Of a stretch of DNA of 64,000 bases, positions 53,148 through 64,000 are shown one piece after another (position 1 is the first letter of the stretch; each line of letters opens with the position of its first letter). Below the pieces are notes generated by a model. It searched no databases. It had not been told where the DNA came from and saw nothing but the letters and a program-made list of their open reading frames with translations. The DNA lies in the NCBI GenBank assembly GCA_035285585.1, contig JAYKGU010000315.1, positions 5,040 to 69,039 of the forward strand, written 5' to 3'. The DNA is from Synechococcales cyanobacterium (lineage in GTDB: Bacteria > Cyanobacteriota > Cyanobacteriia > CAKZMO01). The translations under genes and the position numbers were made by a program.

Positions 53148-54095
53148 ATGGCACAGTTCCAAGTTGAATGCATTGAAACAAATACAGAGAAAAATCAAAG
53201 CCTGTACGGCAAATTTGTGATGGAACCGCTAGAGCGGGGGCAGGGTATTACCGTTGGCAATGCCCTTAGGCGGGTGCTGCTGTCTAATCTACTGGGAACA
53301 GCGGTGACTGCGGTTCGCATTGCTGGCGTTAGCCACGAGTTCATGACGGTGCCTGGCGTGCGGGAAGACGTACTGGACATTCTTCTAAATATGAAGGAGG
53401 TAGTCTTAAAAAGCTACTCGCCTCAGCCCCAGATTGGCCGCTTGCTGGTGCAAGGCCCAGCCACTGTGACCGCTGGTCAACTTGACCTGCCTGCAGAGGT
53501 CGAGGTGATTGATTCAGACCACTACATTGCATCGGTTTCATCAGGGGCGACTCTGGAAATGGAGTTTCGCATCGAAAGCGGCGTGGGTTACCGGGCCGTT
53601 GACCGGGGGCAAGACGAAACAGCAGCCCTCGACTTCCTGCAAATTGATGCAGTTTTCATGCCCGTCCGTAAGGTGAACTATTCCATTGAGGATGCTCGCG
53701 TGGGCGGCTCCCTGGAAAAGGATCGCCTCGTGCTGGAAATCTGGACAAACGGCAGCCTCACCCCCCAGGATGCCATGAGTCAGGCTGCCAGCATTCTGGT
53801 AGAGCTCTTCGATCCCCTCAAGGATGTTACGATGGTCACCGACGATGACGGTGATACCCCTGAAGAGAATCCAGAGAGTCAAATTCCCATTGAGGAACTA
53901 CAGCTTTCAGTCAGGGCTTATAACTGCCTGAAGCGTGCCCAGATCAATTCGGTTGCAGATCTGCTTGACTACACTCAGGAAGATCTGCTCGAGATCAAAA
54001 ACTTTGGAGCCAAGTCGGCAGAAGAAGTCATTGAGGCACTTCAGGAACGCCTGGGCATTACCCTGCCCCACGAAAAGTCAGCCAAGTCAGGCTAA
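53148..54095 (+). CDS. rpoA: DNA-directed RNA polymerase alpha subunit
   Basis: 315 aa, NTD + CTD (HhH) pattern. Confidence 0.92.
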   Translation: MAQFQVECIETNTEKNQSLYGKFVMEPLERGQGITVGNALRRVLLSNLLGTAVTAVRIAGVSHEFMTVPGVREDVLDILLNMKEVVLKSYSPQPQIGRLLVQGPATVTAGQLDLPAEVEVIDSDHYIASVSSGATLEMEFRIESGVGYRAVDRGQDETAALDFLQIDAVFMPVRKVNYSIEDARVGGSLEKDRLVLEIWTNGSLTPQDAMSQAASILVELFDPLKDVTMVTDDDGDTPEENPESQIPIEELQLSVRAYNCLKRAQINSVADLLDYTQEDLLEIKNFGAKSAEEVIEALQERLGITLPHEKSAKSG

Positions 54096-54228
54096 ATCGA
54101 GGGGTACGGGAAAGCGCCACTCTGGCTATTGATTAGTGCTGAGTTGCCAGCCTGATTCGAGCCTCAAATTTTTCCTTGAATGCCCACTTCTCCTACTGTT
54201 GTCTCGCTACTTCGATTGAGTTTCAGCC

Positions 54229-54579
54229 ATGCGCCACCGTTGTCGTGTTCATCAACTAGGCAAGCCTGCCGATCAGCGCCGTGCCTTACTACGATCGCTC
54301 ACCACCGAGCTGATTCGTCACGGACGAATTACCACTACCAAAGCCCGCGCCAAAGCTGTGCGTGAAGAGGCCGACAGAATGATTACCCTCGCTAAAGATG
54401 GCTCTCTGGCGGCTCGTCGCCGTGCCCTGGGCTACATGTACGATCAGGATCTTGTACATGCCCTCTTTGAAGGGGTGAACGAGCGGTATGGCGATCGCAA
54501 CGGGGGCTATACCCGGATTATCCGGACTGTAAAGCGCCGGGGCGACAGCGCTGAAATGGCGATCATTGAGTTGACTTAG
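54229..54579 (+). CDS. rplQ: 50S ribosomal protein L17
   Basis: sequence/order. Confidence 0.9.
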   Translation: MRHRCRVHQLGKPADQRRALLRSLTTELIRHGRITTTKARAKAVREEADRMITLAKDGSLAARRRALGYMYDQDLVHALFEGVNERYGDRNGGYTRIIRTVKRRGDSAEMAIIELT

Positions 54580-54627
54580 GGCGGTATAGGTCGCTAACCC
54601 GATAAACCAGGTTCAGTTGAGTGCGAG

Positions 54628-55506
54628 ATGTCTTTGCAGCGCGATGGGGTAGAAATTCAGCATCAGTTGGGTGAGGAGAAGCAGCGGATTGCCCTCATCA
54701 TCCAATATGCTGGCACCCATTACCACGGCTGGCAGAGGCAGCCCAACCATCTATCGGTTCAGGAAGTTGTTGAAACGGTGCTTCAGTCGGTGCTGGGCGA
54801 TCGCGTCGTTCTCCACGGGGCTGGCCGTACCGATTCGGGGGTTCATGCCGCCGCGCAGGTCGCCCACTTCGATGCGCCTGCGCTGATCCCCGCCCACCGC
54901 TGGATGAGTATCCTCAACCACCGCCTCCCCCCCGACATCGTGATTCGCGGTTCAGCTCAGGTTCCCCCATCCTGGCATGCCCGATTTTCTGCTCTATGGC
55001 GGCGCTATCGGTACACCATTTACACTGAAGCCTGCCCTAATCTCTTTGTGAAGCCCTTCACCTGGCACTATTACCACGATCCCCTGGATACGGGGCTGAT
55101 GCAGGAGGCGCTGCAGCCATTATTGGGACGGCATCATTTAGCCGCCTTCCATCGCGCCGGGTCGAGCCGACCCCATTCCTGGGTGGAGGTGCAGGAGGTC
55201 CTGTGTGAGCGCGATCGCGAATTTATTCGCATTGAGCTGCAGGCAAGCGGTTTTTTGTACGGCATGATGCGGCTGCTGGTGGGAATGCTGGTGGAGGTGG
55301 GTCGGGGTTGGCGATCGCCCGGTTCCTTTACCGAGATCTGGCGATCGCAGGGGCGGGATCAGGTGAAATATGCCGCTCCTCCCCAGGGGCTTTGCCTCTT
55401 AAGGGTTGGCTACGCAGATTTTCCCTTTCATCCCCGTCTCTGGTATGACACGCAGCCCCACTTTTCCCTTGGTGCTTGCCCAGAGCTGGAATACTGTTCA
55501 GGTTAG
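54628..55506 (+). CDS. truA: tRNA pseudouridine(38-40) synthase
   Basis: ...RIALIIQYAGTHYHGWQRQPN...GAGRTDSGVHA (catalytic Asp). Confidence 0.88.
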   Translation: MSLQRDGVEIQHQLGEEKQRIALIIQYAGTHYHGWQRQPNHLSVQEVVETVLQSVLGDRVVLHGAGRTDSGVHAAAQVAHFDAPALIPAHRWMSILNHRLPPDIVIRGSAQVPPSWHARFSALWRRYRYTIYTEACPNLFVKPFTWHYYHDPLDTGLMQEALQPLLGRHHLAAFHRAGSSRPHSWVEVQEVLCERDREFIRIELQASGFLYGMMRLLVGMLVEVGRGWRSPGSFTEIWRSQGRDQVKYAAPPQGLCLLRVGYADFPFHPRLWYDTQPHFSLGACPELEYCSG

Positions 55507-55583
55507 GTTTGAGGTTAGGTCAAGAAGGCCGTTGCGATCGCCCGTGATTTTGTAATTTTCCCTTTATGTAGGTTGCTATCGAT

Positions 55584-56042
55584 ATGATGAACAAAACATA
55601 CGTTCCCCCTAAAGGCTCTTTTGAGCAGAAATGGTACGTCATTGACGCCGAAAACCAGCGCCTGGGGCGGTTGGCCACCGTTGCTGCCAACGTCTTGCGG
55701 GGTAAAAACAAGCCTATCTATTCTCCCCACATGGACACTGGGGATTTTGTGGTGGTTATCAATGCCGAAAAAGTAGCCGTAACCGGCAACAAGCGCACCC
55801 AAAAGCTTTATCACCGCCACTCTGGCCGTCCCGGTGGGATGAAGGTGGAAACCTTCGACAAACTACAAAAGCGGATCCCGGAGCGGATCGTCGAGCAGGC
55901 CATTCGGGGGATGCTGCCTAAGAACTCCCTGGGGCGACAGCTTTTCACCAAGCTCAAAGTTTATGCTGGTCCTGATCATCCCCATCAGGCGCAGCAGCCT
56001 GAACAGTTACAGATTCAAACAGTTCCTGGAGGAAATCAATAA
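55584..56042 (+). CDS. rplM: 50S ribosomal protein L13
   Basis: sequence/order. Confidence 0.9.
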   Translation: MMNKTYVPPKGSFEQKWYVIDAENQRLGRLATVAANVLRGKNKPIYSPHMDTGDFVVVINAEKVAVTGNKRTQKLYHRHSGRPGGMKVETFDKLQKRIPERIVEQAIRGMLPKNSLGRQLFTKLKVYAGPDHPHQAQQPEQLQIQTVPGGNQ

Positions 56043-56455
56043 TGCAGGCGGAAGGTAAAACCGATCGGGTGATGTACTGGGGAACAGGACGGCGGAAGTC
56101 TTCAGTGGCTCGCGTTCGTCTGGTTCCGGGTAGTGGTCAGTTAATTATCAACGGCAGACCGGGTGAGGAATATCTCCAGTTCAACCTGGGATATTTGGCA
56201 GCCAGCCGTGCTCCCCTGGAAACCCTGGGGCTGGAGGGCGAGTACGACATTCTGGTGAATGTGAACGGGGGCGGGCTGACTGGTCAAGCCGACTCCATTA
56301 AGTTGGGGGTGGCGCGGGCGCTCTGTCAGCTAGACCCTGACAACCGCAAACCACTGAAGATTGAGGGCTACCTGACGCGCGATCCCCGTGCTAAGGAGCG
56401 GAAAAAGTACGGTCTGCACAAGGCTCGCAAAGCTCCTCAGTACTCCAAACGATAA
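56042..56455 (+). CDS. rpsI: 30S ribosomal protein S9
   Basis: sequence/order; ATGA-type overlap. Confidence 0.9.
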   Translation: MQAEGKTDRVMYWGTGRRKSSVARVRLVPGSGQLIINGRPGEEYLQFNLGYLAASRAPLETLGLEGEYDILVNVNGGGLTGQADSIKLGVARALCQLDPDNRKPLKIEGYLTRDPRAKERKKYGLHKARKAPQYSKR

Positions 56456-56518
56456 TTTTGCAAGCGCTAATTTCTCTGCGTGGAAATTGAAGACATAGTG
56501 ACATTGAGGACTTGACCC

Positions 56519-58034
<1,516 letters not shown>

Positions 58035-58040
58035 GGTGTA

Positions 58041-59360
58041 ATGGCGCGTTTTCTGCATCTGGCCGATATTCATTTGGGGTTCGACCGCTACGACAGCCCC
58101 CAGCGGACGCTGGACTTTTTCTACTCCCTCTACGACGTCCTGGATCGCTACGCCGTGGCTGAGCAGGTAGATTTCGTGGCGATCGCGGGCGACCTGTTTG
58201 AGCACCGCACCATTCAACCGGCGACCTTGAACCAGGCCCAGGCTTGTTTGCAATTGCTAAAAGATGCTGCGATTCCGGCGATCGCTATTGAAGGCAACCA
58301 CGACAACCGCCCCTACGGTACTAAGACCAACTGGCTGCGGTATTTGGCAGACTGGGAGCTGCTGATTTTGCTAGAACCGGGTGACGTGGCGGCGGGTGAT
58401 CCCTTCTACGAACCGTGGAGCGCCGAGACGCGACGGGGGAGCTACTTAGACCTCTCCTGCGGGGTGCGGGTGGCGGGATCCCAGTGGTACGGAGCTACCG
58501 CGCCCCTGGCCATTGAGCAAATTGCCGAAGCCCTTGAGGCGCTTCCGTCTGGCCCGCCCCACACCGTGCTGCTGCTACACCATGGTCTGGAAGGGCAGGT
58601 AGCCCGCTATGCTGGAGCGCTGCGGTATGACGAGCTGCTGCCCCTGCGTCGGGCCGGGGTGGATTATCTGGCCCTGGGCCACATCCACAAAAATTACTCG
58701 GTGGATGGCTGGATTTTCAACCCCGGTTCTCTGGAAGCCAACAGTATTGAGGAGGCCAGATATTCAAGGGGAGTTTATCTCGTCGAGATCTCAGCGGCGG
58801 GCATTCAGGCCGACCTCAAGCAGGATTACCGCCAGCGAAAAATCCTGCGGTTCACGTTGAACACCAAAGGCACAGAAAGTTTAGAAGAAGTAGAGCAGGG
58901 GGCGATCGCCTGCATCCAGACGGGGATCGCCCGCCACATCCCTGATCCCGGTGATCTTACCCCCGACGATGCCCCCATTGTTGAACTGCGCATTGAGGGG
59001 GAGGTCGGTTTTGATCGGCTGGATCTGGATACCCGCAAACTCCAGCGCCAGCTTCGGGAGGCCAGCGGGGCGCTGATTTTTTTGCTGAAGTACGAGGTCA
59101 GTCCCGTCACTTACCAGACGGCAATCGCCGAAGACGAAAATCGCCTGCAGATCGAACGGGAGGTCTACACGGATTTGGTGATGGCCAACAGCACCTACCG
59201 GAAGCAGGCCGAAACGATTACCCGTGGGCTGCTGGAGCTGAAGGAACTGCAGCTGGATGGCCAGGATGAGCCGGAGCTGTATCAATACATTGAGACGCTG
59301 CTGGCCCCAGATAAACCGCCCCTGTTGCGGCTCGTTGCGCCCCCCCCTGCCGCTGAGTAG
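58041..59360 (+). CDS. SbcD/Mre11-like calcineurin-type DNA repair phosphoesterase (no adjacent SbcC)
   Basis: MARFLHLADIHLGFDRYDS...DFVAIAGDLFEH...EGNHDN...LGHIH motifs I-V. Confidence 0.75.
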   Translation: MARFLHLADIHLGFDRYDSPQRTLDFFYSLYDVLDRYAVAEQVDFVAIAGDLFEHRTIQPATLNQAQACLQLLKDAAIPAIAIEGNHDNRPYGTKTNWLRYLADWELLILLEPGDVAAGDPFYEPWSAETRRGSYLDLSCGVRVAGSQWYGATAPLAIEQIAEALEALPSGPPHTVLLLHHGLEGQVARYAGALRYDELLPLRRAGVDYLALGHIHKNYSVDGWIFNPGSLEANSIEEARYSRGVYLVEISAAGIQADLKQDYRQRKILRFTLNTKGTESLEEVEQGAIACIQTGIARHIPDPGDLTPDDAPIVELRIEGEVGFDRLDLDTRKLQRQLREASGALIFLLKYEVSPVTYQTAIAEDENRLQIEREVYTDLVMANSTYRKQAETITRGLLELKELQLDGQDEPELYQYIETLLAPDKPPLLRLVAPPPAAE

Positions 59361-59495
59361 GCTGGTGGCGCTGAGAGCGTGGGCCAGACAAAAATTTGTT
59401 AAGCTTTACTAAAATCCTTGTCCGCAAGGAGCGGGTTTTTAGCGCCTGTCCTAATCGGGCGATCGGGTTAGAGTGTCCTTTGGGGGAAAGTTTCC

Positions 59496-61208
59496 ATGCT
59501 GCGCTTAGAGCACGTCAGCAAAATTTATCCAACCGGTGAGGTGTTAAAAGACATCAACTGGGAAGTGAAACCGGGCGATCGCGTCGGTCTAGTTGGCGTG
59601 AACGGGGCTGGTAAGTCCACCCAACTGCGCATTATCGCGGGGGAAGAAGAGCCAACCAGCGGCCAGGTGATCCGCTCCGGCAGTTTCGAAGTGGCCTACC
59701 TGACCCAGGAGTTTGAGGTGGATCCCAGCCGCACCGTGCGGGAAGAATTTTGGAGGGTCTTTAAGGAGGCGAACGACGTCCAGCACGAGATGAGTCTGGT
59801 GCAGCACCGTATGGAGGCCGCCGATCCCGAAGAACTGGACAACCTGATCCACCAACTCGATCGCCTGCAGCGGCGGTTTGAAGCCCTGGATGGCTACACT
59901 CTGGAATCGCGCATTGAGAAAATTCTGCCAGAAATGGGGTTTGAGGCAGAGGATGGCGATCGCCTGGTGAGCGCCTTCAGCGGCGGCTGGCAAATGCGCA
60001 TGAGTTTGGGGAAAATTCTGCTCCAGGCTCCCGATCTGCTGCTGCTGGACGAGCCGACCAACCATCTGGATCTGGAAACCATCGAGTGGCTTGAAAATTA
60101 CTTAAGAAGCCTGACGACGCCGATGGTGGTGGTTTCCCACGACCGGGAATTTTTAGACCGCCTCTGCACCCAAATCGTGGAAACCGAGCGGGGCGTTTCT
60201 ACCACCTACCTGGGCAACTATTCCGCCTATCTGGCCCAGAAGGCCGAGGCTCAAGAAGCCCAGCTCAGCGCCTACGAACGCCAGCAAAAAGAACTGGAGA
60301 AGCAACAGGCATTTGTCGATCGCTTTCGGGCCAGCGCCACCCGCAGCACCCAGGCCAAAAGCCGCGAGAAACAGATCGAGAAAATCGAGCGCATTGAAGC
60401 GCCCGTTGCTGATTTGCGCTCCCTCCAGTTCCAGTTTCCCCCCGCCCCCCGCAGCGGGCGGGAAGTAGTGATTATTAAAGACCTGACCCACGAGTATGGG
60501 GATAAGATGCTGTTTTTGGGGGCCAATCTGCTGGTAGAGCGGGGCGATCGCATCGCATTTCTTGGCCCCAACGGTGCGGGAAAGTCTACCCTGCTACGAT
60601 TCATGATGGGCTTTGAAAAGCCAGTTGAAGGCACGGTCAATCTCGGGGATCACAACATCATTCCCGGATATTTTGAGCAAAACCAGGCAGAAGCGCTACC
60701 GCTGGACAAAACCATCATGGACACTATCCACGATGAGGTGCCCGACTGGAAAGATGAAGAGGTGCGCACCCTCCTGGGTCGATTTCTCTTCAGCAAAGAC
60801 AGCGTTTTCAAAACGGTGCGCTCTCTCAGTGGTGGAGAAAAGGCTCGTCTGGCCCTGGCCAAGCTGCTGCTCAGCCCCACGAACCTGCTGATCCTGGATG
60901 AGCCGACCAACCACCTGGATATTCCCGCGAAGGAAATGCTGGAAGCCGCCCTCCAGCAGTACGAAGGCAGCCTGATTGTCGTCTCCCACGATCGCTACTT
61001 TATCTCCAAAGTTGCCAACAAAATTGTAGAAATTCGGGACGGTGAGCTACTGGTTTACCGGGGGGATTATCATTACTACCTGGATAAGCTGGCAGAAGAG
61101 CGAGAGAAAGCTAGACTGGAGGCGATCGCAGCGGAGAAGGCCGCTAAGGCCGCAGAGAAGCGCGACAAGCAGCGCCAAAAGCGAAAGGCTAAAGCTCAAA
61201 AGGGATGA
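59496..61208 (+). CDS. ABC-F family ATPase (two ABC domains, no TMD; translation-associated)
   Basis: two Walker A (GVNGAGKST, GPNGAGKST), two LSGG signatures, inter-domain linker, Lys-rich C-terminal tail. Confidence 0.85.
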   Translation: MLRLEHVSKIYPTGEVLKDINWEVKPGDRVGLVGVNGAGKSTQLRIIAGEEEPTSGQVIRSGSFEVAYLTQEFEVDPSRTVREEFWRVFKEANDVQHEMSLVQHRMEAADPEELDNLIHQLDRLQRRFEALDGYTLESRIEKILPEMGFEAEDGDRLVSAFSGGWQMRMSLGKILLQAPDLLLLDEPTNHLDLETIEWLENYLRSLTTPMVVVSHDREFLDRLCTQIVETERGVSTTYLGNYSAYLAQKAEAQEAQLSAYERQQKELEKQQAFVDRFRASATRSTQAKSREKQIEKIERIEAPVADLRSLQFQFPPAPRSGREVVIIKDLTHEYGDKMLFLGANLLVERGDRIAFLGPNGAGKSTLLRFMMGFEKPVEGTVNLGDHNIIPGYFEQNQAEALPLDKTIMDTIHDEVPDWKDEEVRTLLGRFLFSKDSVFKTVRSLSGGEKARLALAKLLLSPTNLLILDEPTNHLDIPAKEMLEAALQQYEGSLIVVSHDRYFISKVANKIVEIRDGELLVYRGDYHYYLDKLAEEREKARLEAIAAEKAAKAAEKRDKQRQKRKAKAQKG

Positions 61209-61603
61209 ACTCTACCGGGTGCAAAACCCCGCTGGCGTGTGTCTCCAGGAGTCATAAACTTATCTTAATATTCTTTAAGTAGGGTGTGGGTAGGCTGTAC
61301 TTGCAGGGCTTCATAACTACGAGTAGAGTCTGAGGGTACAAGGTTGATCAGTTAACCATGTGAAGTCTAGGCGCTAGCAGCTTGAGCAGGTAATTTTACT
61401 TATCTCTTCTAACAGCAAAGTTTATCAATAGTCAGAGTAAAGACTATCAATTTGAGGGCGAGCGGCAGCGTTGAGTTTGGTTTTAACTGAAACGAGGCTG
61501 AATTTCAGATCGCTTACTGGGTCTTATTGTCAGCAATCAGATCTGCGATCAGACAGTGGTATTATTGCGAAAAATCTTGGCGTTTTAAAAAGGGGCGATC
61601 CCC

Positions 61604-63202
61604 ATGGCACATGACCCGATCTCTCCCGTTGTTTTAGTCATTCTCGATGGATGGGGATACCGCGAGGAATCCCAGGCAAATGCCATCGCTGAAGCCAATA
61701 CCCCTATTATGGATAGCCTGTGGGCGGCCTATCCCCGAACGCTCATCCGCACATCGGGTAAAGACGTGGGCCTGCCCGACGGGCAGATGGGTAATTCTGA
61801 GGTTGGCCATCTCAATATCGGAGCGGGGCGGGTCGTTCCCCAGGAGCTAGTACGGATTTCAGATGCCGTCGAGGATGGTTCCATTCATCACAATCCAGCA
61901 CTCCTAAAGCTTGCGGATACTATCCGTGAGCGGGGCGGCAAGCTGCACCTGGTGGGCCTCTGTTCGGATGGTGGCGTCCACTCCCACATTAACCATCTCT
62001 TTGGCCTGCTGCGGTTTGCCAAGCAGGAGGGGCTGAATGATGTGTGTATCCACGCCATCACCGATGGCCGTGACACGCGACCCACCTCCGGAGTTGCCCA
62101 CATTCAAGCGATCGAAGACTATGTGAAAGAGCTGGGGCTGGGACGCATTGTCACCCTGAGCGGTCGATATTTCAGCATGGATCGCGATCGCCGCTGGGAT
62201 CGCATCCAAAAGATGTATGACGTCATGACGACCGATGGCAATGGGGACGGGCGTTCGGCATCCCAGGTACTCAAAGACGCCTATGACAGCGAGGTAACTG
62301 ATGAATTTGTCCCCCCCACTCGCATCGAGTCAGGTCAGGTAGACCCAGGGGATGGCGTCATCTTTTTCAACTTCCGCCCCGATCGCGCCCGGCAGCTCAC
62401 CCAGGCCTTTGTCGATCCTGACTTCAACGGATTCGAGCGGAAGCAAGTCATACCGCTGGCTTTTGTCACTTTTACCCAATACGATCCCAGCTTCCCGGTG
62501 GACGTTGCCTTCCAGCCCCAAAACCTCAACAACATTCTTGGAGAGGTGATTGCCCAGCACGGACTGCGCCAGTTTCGGACAGCGGAAACCGAGAAGTATG
62601 CCCACGTCACCTACTTCTTCAACGGCGGCATTGAAGACCCGTTTGCAGGGGAAGATCGGGAACTGATCCCCAGTCCCATGGTGGCCACCTACGATAAGGC
62701 TCCGGCCATGTCGGCGGATCAGGTAACCGACGGGGCGATCGCCGCCATCGAAAAGCGCATCTATTCCCTGGTGGTTATCAACTACGCCAACCCCGATATG
62801 GTGGGCCATACGGGTAACCTGGAGGCCAGCATCCAGGCGATCGAGACGGTGGATCGCTGTCTGGGTCGCCTGTTGGAAAGCGTCATCAGGGCGGGTGGCA
62901 CGACCATTATCATCGCAGACCACGGTAATGCCGAGTACATGCGGGACGAGCAGGGAAATCCCTGGACAGCCCACACTACAAACCCGGTGCCGTTTATTTT
63001 GGTCGAAGGCGAAGGCCGTAAAATTCCCGGACACGGCACGGAAGTAGCCCTGCGGTCGGATGGCCGCCTTGCCGACATCGCCCCCACGATTCTAGAAATT
63101 CTTCAGATTCCCCAACCAGAGGAGATGACCGGGCGATCGATTCTACAGCCGGTTGGCTTTGATGTCCGGCCCAACCGCTCCCCGGTGCGCGTGTCCATTT
63201 GA
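61604..63202 (+). CDS. gpmI: 2,3-bisphosphoglycerate-independent phosphoglycerate mutase
   Basis: MAHDPISPVVLVILDGWGYREE...SEVGHLNIGAGR catalytic Ser region. Confidence 0.92.
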   Translation: MAHDPISPVVLVILDGWGYREESQANAIAEANTPIMDSLWAAYPRTLIRTSGKDVGLPDGQMGNSEVGHLNIGAGRVVPQELVRISDAVEDGSIHHNPALLKLADTIRERGGKLHLVGLCSDGGVHSHINHLFGLLRFAKQEGLNDVCIHAITDGRDTRPTSGVAHIQAIEDYVKELGLGRIVTLSGRYFSMDRDRRWDRIQKMYDVMTTDGNGDGRSASQVLKDAYDSEVTDEFVPPTRIESGQVDPGDGVIFFNFRPDRARQLTQAFVDPDFNGFERKQVIPLAFVTFTQYDPSFPVDVAFQPQNLNNILGEVIAQHGLRQFRTAETEKYAHVTYFFNGGIEDPFAGEDRELIPSPMVATYDKAPAMSADQVTDGAIAAIEKRIYSLVVINYANPDMVGHTGNLEASIQAIETVDRCLGRLLESVIRAGGTTIIIADHGNAEYMRDEQGNPWTAHTTNPVPFILVEGEGRKIPGHGTEVALRSDGRLADIAPTILEILQIPQPEEMTGRSILQPVGFDVRPNRSPVRVSI

Positions 63203-63373
63203 GGCATGTCCGTAAACCCCTGTAGAGGTTTGGGGATCCAAAAACTCGGGCGATTTTTTGGATAGGCACTCGACAGAAGCCATTAAAATGGTGAAAGGGA
63301 TGGGCGGCTTACCACTGGCCGCCCCCATCATCTTTCTGGTTATAAATCCTACGCTGAAATTTTAGGGGTTGAT

Positions 63374-63604
63374 ATGGCGCTTGTGACGCTGGTTAAAGTT
63401 ATCTGGGCGATCTCGGCCCTGGGGTTAATTATTCTCGTGCTGCTGCACAGCCCAAAGGGAGATGGACTGGGAGGCATTGGGGGACAGGCACAGCTTTTTA
63501 CAAGCACCAAGAGCGCCGAACTTACCCTCAACCGCGTCACCTGGACGTTGTCGGTGCTGTTCATTGGTCTCACGCTGGTGTTAAGCGCTGGTTGGCTGGG
63601 CTAG
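63374..63604 (+). CDS. secG: preprotein translocase subunit SecG
   Basis: 76 aa, two TM, LLHSPKGDGLGGIGG motif; gpmI-secG synteny. Confidence 0.85.
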   Translation: MALVTLVKVIWAISALGLIILVLLHSPKGDGLGGIGGQAQLFTSTKSAELTLNRVTWTLSVLFIGLTLVLSAGWLG

Positions 63605-63636
63605 TTCACCGGCGATCGCCCCTCGTCTTCGCCAGC

Positions 63637-64000
63637 TTGATTAGCCTGGTGCTGCTGCTGCTGGGATATGGAGCCTGGCGATCGCCCACCTCTGCCCAGA
63701 GTTTTACAGATCAACTGCGGCCTTTTTTATCTGAGGCGATCGCCCACCCTCTGCCCCAAACCCTGCAAGCGTGGCGCGACCCGTCCCATTCCGGCGACTA
63801 TTTCGATCGGGTCAGCCCTACGGATGTGGGCTATCTGGTGTGGACGCGGTTCCCCATTCGGATCTATCTCGCGCCGCAGAATGGAGACCCACCCACGGTG
63901 AATCCCTCGTCACTGGCGGATTGGCAGGGGGCAGTGAGGCGAGCCTTGGACGATTGGAATCAATATCTGCCGCTGACGCTAACTCCCGATCCCGGCCAGG
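63637..64000 (+). CDS. hypothetical protein, N-terminal TM segment, 3' end outside window (non-ATG start, position uncertain)
   Basis: open frame to window end; ...LVLLLLGYGAWRSPTSAQSFTDQLRPFLSEAIAHPLPQTLQAW... Confidence 0.35.
   Translation, partial: MISLVLLLLGYGAWRSPTSAQSFTDQLRPFLSEAIAHPLPQTLQAWRDPSHSGDYFDRVSPTDVGYLVWTRFPIRIYLAPQNGDPPTVNPSSLADWQGAVRRALDDWNQYLPLTLTPDPGQ

Overview
This 64-kb window is cyanobacterial chromosomal DNA. The evidence is GC of about 58-60%, the HIP1 octamer GCGATCGC recurring every few hundred bp, and cyanobacterial-type gene order. The ribosomal cluster begins at rplC with no rpsJ, rpmD or rpsN inside it, and gpmI is followed by secG.

Most of the window is core genome. 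It holds acs, recG, the rpsB-tsf pair, an NADH-type gltB/gltD glutamate synthase, ispH, an ammonium transporter, a 1-Cys peroxiredoxin, a 27-gene ribosomal-protein/secY/infA/rpoA/truA cluster, prfA, an ABC-F ATPase, gpmI and secG.

The accessory-looking parts are:
- A two-gene module at 3.2-8.4 kb: a 1089-aa coiled-coil and extremely acidic, disordered protein, followed 41 bp later by a divergent 631-aa actin/Hsp70-fold (ASKHA) ATPase. I could not assign it to any named family and consider it the best candidate for an undescribed system, possibly a filament or scaffold pair analogous to MamJ/MamK.
- An Lhr-core helicase directly coupled to a PdeM phosphoesterase, with no ligase nearby.
- An SbcD/Mre11-like nuclease with no SbcC.
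- An AT-rich DUF433 gene inserted between gltB and gltD.

There are also several families of small structured repeats. One palindromic family (TAGGGGCA..TGCCCCTA) has three copies, one of them in-frame inside gltB, immediately followed by an in-frame 18-nt tandem repeat that encodes hexapeptide repeats. Other repeats are a helically phased heptamer array (CGCAGAT/ATCTGCG), a second inverted-repeat family (GTAGGGTG..CACCCTAC), duplicated hairpin repeats, and a 1.1-kb ORF-free, repeat-rich leader upstream of rplC.

I saw no CRISPR array, tRNA, rRNA or transposase. Large ORFs antisense to high-GC genes were treated as artefacts.
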